Part shown: one piece after another, positions 1 to 11,307 of the stretch | How positions within the stretch are numbered: position 1 is the first letter of the stretch | Layout: each line of letters starts with the position of its first letter | Assembly (NCBI GenBank): GCA_010015805.1 | Contig: ML978129.1 | Span: 434,001-498,000 of the forward strand | DNA length: 64,000 nucleotides | Direction: 5' to 3' | From: Rhizodiscina lignyota | Taxonomy: Eukaryota | Made by a program: the position numbers and the translations under genes | Notes under the pieces: model-generated | Databases searched by the model: none | Seen by the model: the letters and a program-made list of their open reading frames with translations, nothing else | Told to the model about the DNA's origin: nothing

Positions 1-587
1 TATATTGCAGTGGCATACTTGGCCGAGCAGTAGCCGAATTTCGCCGCTTGTATTCGCCATCGATAGCTGCCTCGAACGAACGAATTGTGTCCAGCGGTCG
101 CTCCCATCGCGGCCGCGTAGGGTTGGAGAGGTCAGGTTCGGCTACTTAATGTTAACTGAAACAAGTCTTGTTGTTATGGAAGAGGAAGTGTCTCATACCG
201 ATAGGATTTCCGAACGTGTCTACATGCTGAACGGAGCGAAGGGAGCCAATTGTCGAAGCCTGAAGGGCGGCAGCGACTGTCTCATCGTCAGTGAAATGCC
301 AAAAATGTACGACTTGACGCAAGGCGGTGTGGCTGGAGCTGTGTGCATGTGGAGGTAGATTACGCACTTGGTTGCTCTTCGTTCATGGCAGCATTTGGAT
401 TTGCTTTGCCAGAGATTGAAAGATGGAGGCGTTGCTTCTCCTCGTGAGTCTCTTTGCCGTGCTTGATCTTGGTGGGCGAGCCTGCTGAAGAAACACTCTT
501 GTCGCTCCTCAAAGAGAACGCGCCTGACTTTGAGCGCGGACGCTGGGCCGGCCTCTCAGGCGTCTCGTCTGCGGCGGTGGCGGACAT
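1..587 (-). CDS. DUF2406-family conserved fungal protein (multi-exon, 3' end runs off the window)
   Basis: Spliced translation MSATAADETPERP...ANPNAAMNEEQP / ...ASTIGSLRSVQHVDTFGNPI / AEPDLSNPTRPRWERPLDTIRSFEAAIDGEY. The PDLSNPTRxRxERPLDTIRSFE block is the family hallmark; GT-AG introns are visible. Confidence 0.8.
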
Positions 588-2370
588 GATTCAGCGATGA
601 AATCACACGTTCCGGGTGTGCACGATGCAGGGTCTGCAAACGCTCGCCTGTGTTGCAGCTGGGAAATTGTGGGAAGTGCGCTGGGAATGCAGCCGGTTTG
701 TCGATAGCACGGGCAGCGTGCTGGAACGAGCGTCGGTGGCTGGCTTCCCGAGTGACAGGTGCGGAGCCGTGAGGTGAAGCGATTGAAATGATGGCGGAGG
801 CTGGGGAATGCAAGTAAAGCTCTCCGCGGGGAACGAGAGAGGTGGTGTTTTTGATAAGTTTGCGACTTAAGCAGGCGGCCGGCGCGGAAGAGAATAACGA
901 GCGATTACGCGTGAAACTGCGGCCCGGACAGTGGTCGAGGCTCACAACAGGATCTGCGTGAGGTGTGGTGGAGGGTGGGGTGAGGGAGCTATGAAGTTTG
1001 GTGGAAGAACTGGAGCTGGTGCAGCGCGGCAGCCATTGATCGCTGCAGGCGCCAAACACGATCTCACTAATGCAGAACGTGCCAAGCCGCTTGTGCGATT
1101 CGGGCGCCTTCCCTCGCTAGCGCTGCCTGCTACAGAGCACGCAGATTCCATATTTCGCCAGCCAGAACGTCGCAAATTCGCCGGCGCGCTCAGAGTGTTA
1201 AGTCCACGCATTCCTCACCTTCGCAGCGTCTCGCACAGCTTGACAGCTCCATCCACGGCGCTGCAGCTCATAGCATCATCCCGCAGGCCAGGACTTGATT
1301 CCCGTGCGCATCATCCAGGAAGAGGCCTGCAGCTCACGCACATGCTCGCTATCCGCCCTCCAGCCGGCCTCTTCTGGCACCGACGAGCTGCCTCAACCTG
1401 CCACGTCCTTCACCTGTTGCAGGGTCCATTGCTTGCTCTACAGCATTCGAAAGTGCTTCATTCGCCTCTGCCGCCTCCAATTCTTCATTCTCTGTCCTGC
1501 TGCAAATTTTCTCCCGCGTCTTTCCGCCGTTGAGCGACATTTTCACAGTATCAGCGGTGACAACGCTTGCGTAGGCTGCCCCAACATTCAATAGGGACTG
1601 GGCCAGGGTGCCTTTCTAGCGTGGCCTTTTGCCTCTTTGCTAGGAGAGAGCCTATCAGGGCTGCGGGAGCATGTCAGCGAGAACCAACTTTTTCACCACT
1701 GTGCAACTTCATCTTGAAGAGAGTCGGATGTCGCAGCCAAAAAGAATAGGCTGATCCTTCCACTCCCCGCAGTGTCTTGTTTCAAAAAGTGGGACGGTTA
1801 TTGATACACCACCCGAACCGACGCTTTTCTGCACGTCAATTGCATGCTAACCTGTTCGCGCATCTCAAACCAGTCGACGCACCGCTGGACGTCGGCTTTA
1901 AGCTGTTTATGACAGGGTTCCGGAAGCGCCGGAACATATCAATGCTGCAGCTGAAGGGCGCCTTAAAAGCCATTCCCTCTTTCTGGCGCAAATCAGACCC
2001 CAATGATGCTCTGAAACATTTTGGTGGGCTAGTGCTGAACTGCCACAGCCACATTTTAAGCTTGCTCATTTTTCTCGCATTTCTTCTTCTAACAGGGTCC
2101 ATTGCTTGGTTTTATCTGCTATCACATTCCCGAATACATGGGACTCTTGCGACCCTAACCTCGTCACCGGCTGCGGCCGTCAACGTCGAAATTACTGGAA
2201 ACTGATAATTGGATCCACTCACGAGCAAGGCAAAGCTAGGTTTGAGACACTGAAGATTTAAATATTAGAGCATTCATTTGCATCCGTTATTCATTATTAA
2301 GGATCATCATATCATACAGGGAAAGTGTGTCAATCATATCGCCAGAACGCCCGTACCTTCCTTCCACTTT

Positions 2371-3399
2371 TTATGCGCTGATCAATCCGAGCTCCTTCGC
2401 CGCTGCCCAAGTATCCTCGACCGTCTGCTGGAATGGGATGAAATCGATGCCCAACTTCTCCCTCGCCTGTGTGGTGTCCAAGCTGAAATGATCCGCAGTG
2501 TTGACCTTCTTGCCCGGCTCACCGAGTCCCTTCTCGCCCTTCGCTCTCAAGCCAGCCAGACCATCCTCAAAGTAGTTGACACCCTGGGACAGCAAGAACC
2601 TCTCACTGACACCGCTCGGCAAGCTCAGCGCGTTGACGTGCGCCTTCGCAACATCTCTCACATCCACACTCGCTGGCAGTCCCGGTACCGCGACGTTCGG
2701 CTTGAAGTTCGGATCGGTGCCCATGATGCTCGTGAATAGCCTCTTCAGACTCGTACCCAGTCCATCAATCCCCCTACTGGTGTCCACCTCATGAATTGGC
2801 GGCCCGTAAACCATCGGCGGGCAAAACGTCACCAGATCCCACTTCGGCTTCTCCTTAGCCCATAGCTCCCACGCCGCACGCTCTGCAAACGTCTTGCTCG
2901 CGTGGTACCCCCAGAAACCGTCTTTCCGCGCGAGTTGCTCCGTGACGGGGTCCCAGTCCTTCTCAGTGTAGATGTAGCCTGGCCGCGGGTTCTTCTCGAG
3001 GTCCACCACGCTCGCGAAGCTGCTCAGCACCGTCACGCGCTTCAGGTTTGGTGCTAGCAGTGCGCTGTTCAGCACGTTCTTTGTGCCGTCGACGGCAGGG
3101 AGCACCAGCTCCGCCCATGGGTCGTTGGCTGATGTGAAGTATGGCGAGGCGACGTGGCATACGTAGTCGACGTCCTTGACTGCCTCGTCGAGGGCGTGTG
3201 GTGCTTGCAAGTCGGGTACGATGGCGAAGGAGATGTCGCCGGCGGCGTCGGCTGCTGGGTACTTGTTCTTCAGGAAGCTGATGTGCTTCGCTGATCGAAG
3301 AGTGCCGCGGACGCGGTAGCCGGCAGAGAGGAGGGCGTGAAAGACGTTGGCTCCAACGAAGCCAGAAGGGCCTGTGACAAGGACGAGAGGTTTCGACAT
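2371..3399 (-). CDS. NAD(P)-dependent epimerase/dehydratase-family aldehyde/ketone reductase (Gre2-like extended SDR)
   Basis: 342 aa single ORF; Rossmann VLVTGPSGFVG, HVASP, catalytic YHASK (YxxxK), PPMVYGP, VDVRDVAKAH. Confidence 0.92.
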   Translation of the reverse strand: MSKPLVLVTGPSGFVGANVFHALLSAGYRVRGTLRSAKHISFLKNKYPAADAAGDISFAIVPDLQAPHALDEAVKDVDYVCHVASPYFTSANDPWAELVLPAVDGTKNVLNSALLAPNLKRVTVLSSFASVVDLEKNPRPGYIYTEKDWDPVTEQLARKDGFWGYHASKTFAERAAWELWAKEKPKWDLVTFCPPMVYGPPIHEVDTSRGIDGLGTSLKRLFTSIMGTDPNFKPNVAVPGLPASVDVRDVAKAHVNALSLPSGVSERFLLSQGVNYFEDGLAGLRAKGEKGLGEPGKKVNTADHFSLDTTQAREKLGIDFIPFQQTVEDTWAAAKELGLISA

Positions 3400-4403
3400 A
3401 TTGAGGTACTTTAGAAAGGCTTGAGATGGACGATAGAAGAGGAGGAGTTATTTTACACGTGGAAGAGGGTTCGCAGGTATTAGCAAGACCTCAATGAGGA
3501 AGGTTTACTAGAGTTCGATGTGTTGGTGGGGTTCAGATGTAGACTGCTCAGTGATACAAATTGCTTGAGGACTCGGGATTGCTTTTGAATCAATTGAATT
3601 CTGTGAAAGCTGATAGTGAAGCGGTGCTGGATAGCAACCTCTCTCGCACGACAGACTTGCCTTTAATATACCTATCGCACGGCAGCCTTTCGCAATTCGC
3701 AAGAACTGCCCTGCATAATCATAGTCGCTTGTGTGTAGCGATGGAGTTAAGCGGCCACTGAGTGGCATCATCATACAGTTTACAAGATGCTGACGCATCC
3801 AGCAGAGACGCAAGTGTCCTCCGAGAACCTGAAAATCCCGAGCGCAGTGGCCAGGTCTTCGACGCAGCTCTCCGCAAGCAGCACGTATTCACCGAGCAGG
3901 GCGAGCTGATACGCCAGAGATCTCGGAGCTAAGCTCCATCTGTTCTGGTTAATCTTTGAAACTGATTAGCAAAGCAAAGCGGGCTTTAGCTTCTATGAAG
4001 ACAGAATCTCCTTCTCGCGACCAGAAGTCGGGGATCGACGGGACGACTCGGGTCTGCTCGTGCCTGTTGAGAATCTCGTATAGAAGAGAAACAAGTCGAA
4101 AGAACTTTCACGCCTCTCCCGCTTTCAAGCATACCCTAGAGGTTAGCTCCCGATATCTGTTCTGGAAGAGTTTCGGAAACCTTCCGTAACTAAATCTCCC
4201 ATTGGCTGGCGATGTGGAATGCCGGCGTGGCACGGCGATTTCTCACCTTCCCGCAGAGATCTCGGTGGTTACGCGGAATTGGCATTGCGACTCCTCTGAT
4301 GAATATGTTTCTTGTATGATCTCATCCAGGAGGCCATACCTCCTTGCTGACACGGAGATAGGTTCTATGTACTCCTTGAGTCCGTTCCATTGTCCAAAAG
4401 AAG

Positions 4404-5086
4404 ATGCCAGTCAAGGCGACAGATGAATTCTTGATGCCGGAGAGTCTCAAATCTCTTTGGTATAGCAGCTCGCTATTGTTTAACTGTGCAGAGCGCCCCA
4501 TTTTTGCTACCGAAAGATGCTGTTACGGGCAAACAAAGCATCTCGTAGGTGATTCGGCCGAGCTGCAATACATATGTGCTTCTGCAACTCAGATTCAAGA
4601 TGTACACAAAGGAGTAACAGATGTTGATTTCGCTATTTTCTCCGCGGGCAGTATCTGTCACTTAACGGAAGAGGGGGAAGTTGATTGGTTCGTCCAGAAT
4701 CTACGTACAGTAATTCTATCAGGCGTGGGTTGTGCAGTCATCAGCATGCTGGAGCAATTCCTAACTGATGTCGAGCCTGCTCCTCAGCATGGAGGAAAGG
4801 AAGTTTGCTCGACTCCGTAGGGCATTCTGGCATTTCATATAAAAAGCATCCCACGGCCAGCACGTGGGATTGAAATTGGAAGGTTGGGACAGGTACTTTC
4901 CAATTGGAGACCAGGACAGAGGAAAAGAAAGCCTAGAAGTTGATTTATCTGGAGTGGAGGCTGAGATTATTAACTGTTCGAGATTGGGAAGAGATAATCC
5001 ATGGCCACAAGTTTCGCGTCTGCGAAGTGATTGAGGGGGAAATTCAACGATGGTGGGGGCTTGCTGCAGAGATGAAGTGCTCGTAG
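4404..5086 (+). pseudogene. Degraded class I SAM-dependent methyltransferase (start approximate)
   Basis: Colinear fragments in different frames: ILDAG (motif I-like), KMLLRA, YICASATQI...VDFAIFSAGSICHLTEEGEVDWFVQNLRTVILSGVGCAVISM (motif II/III-like), then GISYKKHPTASTWD*...*KLIYLEWRLRLLTVRDWEEIIHGHKFRVCEVIEGEIQRWW. Contains stops and frameshifts. Confidence 0.6.
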
Positions 5087-5318
5087 ACCTATTTCAGAAT
5101 CAACTTATCCTCTCGGGCTGAAAACAATTGAAATGCTATGGTCATCTGGGATTGTTACAATTTGACGATTCCGCCAGCATACGACGTAAAGTTGGTGGGG
5201 CGTGGAGTCTGCCATGGCTCGTTCCGTTCCGCCCCGCTACGACATGGCCATCCATTTCGATAAGTACCAAACAATGGACACCAACTAGATAACGGCCCAT
5301 CTTTCAAATTTAGTGACC

Positions 5319-6266
5319 ATGGCTGTTGCTGTTGCGGCTTCCACACCAGCCATCAAAGGCTCAGTACTTGCTCCAGGGATCGACGAGAAAGGATCCATAT
5401 TACTTACTGGCGCAGACGTACGGAGTGTATCGCGGACAAACGCTCTCACCTCTCCAACGGCGGGTCTCGCACCAACACATTTGCAAGCGAACCTTATCGT
5501 CCTTCCCTCCCGCTACGCTGATGACTTTCGACGTCTCTGTGCCCGAAATCCAGTGCCATGCCCTCTAATCGCCGAATCCACCTCCGTAGGTCGCTGGGAC
5601 TCTGTGAAGTCGCATATTACTGCCATTCAAGGTGATAAGGTTGTGAATGGCTGCGATATACGGCGTGACGTGCCGCGATACATCGTATATAAGGATTCAA
5701 AGGTGGACAAGGCGGGATGCTTGGACATAGTCGAAGAGTGGACAGACGACCATGTCGCCTTCCTAATCGGCTGCTCCTTTAGCTTCGAAACCGCGCTGAT
5801 GAACGCGAATCTTGTTCCTCGACATATTGTCATGAATCGAAACATTCCGATGTACAGGACGAAGATACCGTTGTGCCCTTCGGGCGTGTTTCAGAACGGC
5901 ACATATGTGGTGTCCATGAGACAGTACCGAGCTGCCGATGTAGAGAAAATAAGGGAGATCACAAAGGCGTATTCGGCGACGCACGGAGACCCAATCGGAT
6001 GGGGATGGGATTCGGTGAAGAGACTGGGTATCGAGAACATTGACGTACCCCAGTGGGGAGAACCGCCTCTCCAACTGAATGGCCAACCTCTGGGACATAT
6101 TGCTGGATCGGAAGATGAAGTCCCTATCTTCTGGGGATGCGGAGTTACTCCACAGGAAGCCGTAATGCGAGCTGGACTGGAGGGGATTGTGATGGCTCAC
6201 GCTCCGGGGCACATGCTAGTTCTCGATTGTAGAGATTCGGACTTGTTGCGAGGAGAGAACACGTAA
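5319..6266 (+). CDS. DUF1445 / D-glutamate cyclase-like protein
   Basis: Motifs PTAGLAP..LQANL, NPVPCPLI, DHVAFLIGCSFSFE, YVVSMR, HGDPI, VPIFWGCGVTPQ, HAPGHMLVLD; first ATG at 5319. Confidence 0.92.
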   Translation: MAVAVAASTPAIKGSVLAPGIDEKGSILLTGADVRSVSRTNALTSPTAGLAPTHLQANLIVLPSRYADDFRRLCARNPVPCPLIAESTSVGRWDSVKSHITAIQGDKVVNGCDIRRDVPRYIVYKDSKVDKAGCLDIVEEWTDDHVAFLIGCSFSFETALMNANLVPRHIVMNRNIPMYRTKIPLCPSGVFQNGTYVVSMRQYRAADVEKIREITKAYSATHGDPIGWGWDSVKRLGIENIDVPQWGEPPLQLNGQPLGHIAGSEDEVPIFWGCGVTPQEAVMRAGLEGIVMAHAPGHMLVLDCRDSDLLRGENT

Positions 6267-6287
6267 ATTCCAAGTCCGCTGTCAAGT

Positions 6288-6615
6288 CGCGCGTTTGCTC
6301 ACAAATTGTATTAAGTGTTAAGCCGCCGTGTTAACATCCGTGGAAGTCGCTTAATAAGGCAGGCCAATTGTTTAAGTGTTATACATACTTTATTAACATG
6401 TGTTTACTCCTAAATTGTATTACGTCCTAACCTTCATTTGAAGATCGCGGACTAGGAGAAGAGCAGTCTAGCTGTTTAAGTGTTTTATAAGCTTGGCTAA
6501 CGCGTGTTTACCTCCAAACTGTATTCCGACACAGACGGTGTTTGAATATCCACGAAGTCCGCTAGAGAAGAGCATTTTAATCGTTCAAGCTTTTACACAT
6601 GCTTCATTTACCTCA
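6288..6615. repeat. Degenerate ~105-110 bp tandem repeat, about 3 copies, AT/TpA-rich
   Basis: gtttgctcacaaattgtatt (~6293), gtttactcctaaattgtatt (~6402), gtttacctccaaactgtatt (~6506); tgtttaagtgttatacatactt (~6369), tgtttaagtgttttataagctt (~6473), cgttcaagcttttacacatgctt (~6582). Confidence 0.7.
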
Positions 6616-6742
6616 AGGCGATTATGAACTATTGATCTTGCAGAATGAGATAACGCTTCATTTGAATTTAACTATATTAGTTTTGATTGAACCCCCTCCC
6701 CCTTTCGATACCAAGCTCCCTCCACCTCAACAATCTGAACCA

Positions 6743-9700
6743 CTAACAGGAATCCGCAATGGATATCATGTTATCCATCACCAACCCAAAGTAGCAGGCC
6801 GCCAGGAACATGCAGTCGAATTCACGTGCGTGACTGCCGTCTGGGTAACGGCGCCACAAGGCTCGACCGTCTACAAGCTTCGGGAATCTGTTGTTTGGAC
6901 CACACGTGTTCCCGTCACCAACCGGAATGTCTCCGAAAGCGGAGCTGATGTCGTTGGGATTCTTGCTCGGGTCCTGAATGTAGTTCATCAGGATGTTTGT
7001 CGTGCTGTAGTTCATGGGGCTAAGGACTTGAAACGTGATTGGCGGGAATCCTGTCCCGTTGGGGAAACCGAGAACTGGGTCGATCATGTAGTCGTTGTTA
7101 ACGTCCCAGATGCGGTTGTCAGTCCCATCGTACAACGTCCAGTTGATATTTGCGTCGGTGCTGCGGACAACTTGCTGCAGGTGTACCTTGTAGTAGTGCT
7201 TATCTGCTGCGGACGATGCGGCTCCCCCGCTAGATGCAACAGTTGAAGCGGCAGACGTAGTGCTGTCGTCAAGGCCTGTAGTGATGCTTGTGATATTATC
7301 CGGAGCGGTCGTGGAAGCAGTGGACGTCGTTTTGTCAACCGGGCCGGTGGTGCTGCTGGTAATATTGCTTGCCAGGTCATTCAACGATTGACTTGTCGTC
7401 GTCGTCGTCTGACCGACGATGTTCTCCATGCTTGAGGTTGATGTCGTCCTGTCACCGAGGTTCGTGATGCTAGTTCCGTTGTGAGTAACCAATGAGGCAA
7501 TATCAGGTGCGACTGTCGAGTGAATGGACGTAATTTTGTCACCGAGATCGCTGACGCTGGTAGTGATATTGCCAGGAGCGATTGTAGGAGCGATTGTGGA
7601 AGCAATAGACGTAGTTTTGTGGATCATGTCAGCGGTGCCGGTTATATTGTGAGTTACCGATGATCTAATATCTAGTGCGGTCGAGAATGCAGTGGATGTC
7701 GTCTTGTCACCCAGCCCCGCAGCGCTGGCGGGGGTATTGTTCGCAGTGTCGTTCAACGACTGCCTGGTTGTCGGCTGCCTGGGGATAGTCTGGAAGCTTG
7801 TGGTATTTGTTCCTGAATTGAATGCAGTGGATGTTGTCTTGTCACCTAAGTCTATAGTACTGGCAGTGCCATTGCTTGCCGTGTCGTTCAATGACTGGCT
7901 GGTTGTTGGCTGACCATTAATGCCCTCGAAGCTTGCGGTGGTGCTGTTTCCGGGATGAACAGTCGGCGCACTCGCTTGTATTGTAGAGTTGTGCGACACA
8001 GCTTCACGCGTAGTCGTACTAAGTGTAGAATGGATACGTGACGGAGCTGGTGCCTTGCATAGAGTCTGATCCAGTTCTGTCAGCAAGGAATGTCCATACC
8101 CATATCAGCAACTGCTTACGAGATTATTTGCACTCAAAACACCCAAATCCCATTTTCCGTTGCTCATTACAACTGGATCATCAATACTGGCATTGTCGCG
8201 TCGAACGAAAAGCTTGTCAAGTTCTCGCTTGGCACGCCGGTCTGGAAGCGGGCAAATACTGCGCCAGTCAGCAAATTTAGCTTTACTCTGTAGTGATTTC
8301 GCCTACGCATTAGAACCTGCACCATTGAAGGCAACCTTGACACTGTCTGGCATCCACTGGAGCCCCTGAGCAATTGTATATTTGCCCTGGTACACTGAGA
8401 CTGTATCCGTTCTTTGCCATGCGAGACTGGCTACGAGGCCCTTCACCTTCAAAGCATGTTGTTGAGGCGTCATGGATGGATCCCACTCGTCTGGCTTGTT
8501 GGCAATCACAGTTAACCAAGTCGCAATCATCCCGGCCTACCGATGTCCGTTTAGCTGAATATCCTTCCAAACGAGTCAATTGGACTTACAACCGCAGGGG
8601 CTGCAAAGCTAGTCCCGTCTGTGATATGTGTCCGTTCGATGGGTGGCCCTAGCCAATTCGTTGCTACTGTCACGTCGACTGACTGCGCATATACAGTGAT
8701 CGAGCCTCTGTCCCCGGTTTTCTGGCGACACGACCTAGGATCAAGCTCCCCGTTGTATGCGACTCCGCCGACAGTAACTATCGTGTTGCTTTCAGTGCCC
8801 AGCCATGAGGGAGTCTTATCCCCAATATAGGCAGGCGGCCGGAAATGAGTCTCGGGCAGAGGGATCCCATCATTTCCGGTGGGTACGACGAGAAGTATAC
8901 CGAGCTGCTCCATTTTCTGAAATGCCTCTTCAAAAACTTCATCTAGCTCTTGTGTTTTCTGCGTACCCGGTTCCCGGATATAGTCTAGAGATTGTATATT
9001 AGAACGAACATTATGGACACAGGAGGTGTACACTTACCAATACTGTACACAACAACGCTTCGTTTGGTGTAGCGACCTGGATCTGACTGTACAACCTCAA
9101 CAATCTTGTCGAATGCATCCTTGATGCTCAGGTGGTTTGTCATGATCGCAAGGCCATGCTCGTTGTGGTCCTCTCCGCAGTCTTTAATGAGGTAAAGGTC
9201 CGCTCGATTTGCTACACCGACTGTAGCTCCGCCCACAACAGATGCGACAGGAGTCCCATGGCCAGGAGCACAGAGCCCCTTTTTCCACGGCTGCTTCGTC
9301 GTTTTGCCTTTAAAGGTCAATTTCTTTTGCGTGGTGCAGGGTATCACACTGCCGTGTAAGTCTTTCATGCTGGGTCTGTCGGTGCCTCCAGTAATGGAAT
9401 TGGGAACTTGGTAAGTGAAAATGGCACCTCCACCATCCTCGGGCCTAGGCCGTTCAGCGAGTTCCTAGAAAGTAGAATGGTAAGCTGACTGAAACAATAT
9501 TTTGAAGGTTTCTTACTGGATGATCGGTGGTATATCCCGAATCAATGATAAAGACAGTACTGCCTTGGCCACCATCAGCGTCATATACATAGCCGTCTGT
9601 GGGTTTGTCTGGAGCTTATGAGAGGATGCGTAGACTGTCTGCTACTGCTGCGTTGCCCTGGCCACGTCGGATTCGTAAGGCCTGGCCTTCAACTTCAAGT

Positions 9701-11307
9701 TCATCATCACGCTTTGATAACCAGCCACTATGTCGGATCAGATCCTCAGCGAGGTTATAAAGGGGACCACATGTAAGAAGAAATGGCTGCCCATGCTTCC
9801 TAGCAAGAACTGCTACGTCTTCCGTGAGGTTTCCAATCCACATTTGCGAGTCGTATGCAGGTATCTTATTACCCGTAGAGGGCAACCATTTTGCCGCAAA
9901 ATCATCGAACACTTCTTGAGCTGTGCCATATCTGGTCGAGATGCCGTATAGAGTGGGTGTTGGTGCTGCCGAGGACCTTGAAGCAGGTGCAGTCGAAGTA
10001 GTTCTCGAAGTTGTGTTCGCAGAGCTTGTGAATGTCGTATTGAGCGACATGCTTTGTGAATGTTGCACTGTGATATTGTCGCCCGCCTTAACCCAGTCGA
10101 AATTGTTCAGGTCATAGAGAGGTTCAGTCTTAATGATGCCAAATATGAGTCCAGCGACTGGAACTGCGCCCTTCGCGAAATTGCTCGTGAGGATCTTCAA
10201 TGCAGTTTCCCGGACCTTCCCGCCCTTTTGAAGCCCACTGGCAATTTCCTGAAGACTGGAGAACAGGTTTTGGAACTGCCGGGTTTGCGGATAAGCCTCG
10301 AAGATTCGTTGACCGCCTTCTTCTGCTAGAGATGTGCCCTCGGAGCTGAGCTCTTGCAGTTCATAGAATCCGCCCTCGATAATGCTGGACATGCCACTTG
10401 CCAGTGTTGAAGCTTCAGACGCCGCACTTTCAGCCAATTTGGCAAGGTCACCTCCGAAATTGGCTGCTTCGTTCGCCCCTGCAGCAACGGCATGCGCTGT
10501 TCCAGCAATGCCACCAATGGCAGCAAAGATGCATTTAAGGCCGCTACATTTCTTCTTTGGAGGAGGTTTGGGCTGGACCTGGACAATCTCCTCTCCAATC
10601 TTAACGCTTGTAGGAGCAGTGATTGAAGGGAGAACAGTGCGTGAAGCTCCAATCGCAATTGAATTTGGCCCAAGCGTGATTGAAGAACCAGCAGCCAAAG
10701 GGATCTTGTTGACTCCGGAGACGGGTAAGACATATGTTTGGCCACCAAGAACAGCCTCGATCGGAGTAAGGGCACTTGGCTCTCGCATCCAAGGCACTGC
10801 AATAGAGCTTGAGGTCGTAGGTGCAGAAGTGGTCGTCATATGCGACGATGAGGAGGCCGTTGCCGGAGTTTGAGGGGGTAATGAGGGCCAACTAGAAGAC
10901 GATGCTGTCATGCTCTGTGATGACGAGGTTGTCTTTGAGACGGCGGAGAGTGAAGAAGAGCCCAAAAGAGACGAAGCAGATGGTGTGGAGGTTGTTGTGA
11001 GAGCAGCAGAAATAGTACTGATGGCACTGGGGGAGGCGGTCGATAGCGAGGGAAGTGGAAGCAGGACAGGGCTCGTTGAGTTGTGAAACGCAAAGGACGA
11101 GGTCGTGTTCAATCCAGTGCTGCTTGCATTGGATGCTGCGGTGTTGTTTGCCGTCAGGTTTGCGGCATGCATGGGTACGTGCATATGTGTCCCGCAAAAG
11201 CCGGACGCGACATGGCAGGAGAGTCCGCTAGTGTTTGACGTGACGGTCGGATTATTGAAGGCTGCCACAGACGGCAGCCAGTACAGAAGTAACCAAATGA
11301 CGAACAT
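6743..11307 (-). pseudogene. Large secreted subtilisin-like (S8) protease with Ser/Thr-rich regions; one in-frame TAA at 9616-9618 (pseudogene or recoded gene)
   Basis: Signal peptide MFVIWLLLYWLPSVAA from ATG 11307. Triad intact: VFIIDSG, GHGTPVASVVGG, GTSFAAPAV; oxyanion PTGND. Five GT-AG introns join the ORFs down to 6743. The frame reads LRILS*APDKPTDGYVYDADGGQGSTVFIIDSG through the stop. Confidence 0.8.
7250..7930 (-). repeat. Intragenic degenerate Ser/Thr-rich peptide repeats in the subtilisin C-terminal stalk
   Basis: QSLND occurs three times; DLGDKTTST, GLGDKTTST, DLGDKITSI, NLGDRTTST, PVDKTTST and GLDDSTTSA recur. Confidence 0.85.

Noticed and set aside
556..1533. ORFs of 167 and 200 aa upstream of the DUF2406 gene
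   Set aside because: No recognisable motifs; composition fits a GC-rich UTR/promoter.
6599..7246. 215-aa plus-strand ORF
   Set aside because: Antisense shadow of the last subtilisin exon.
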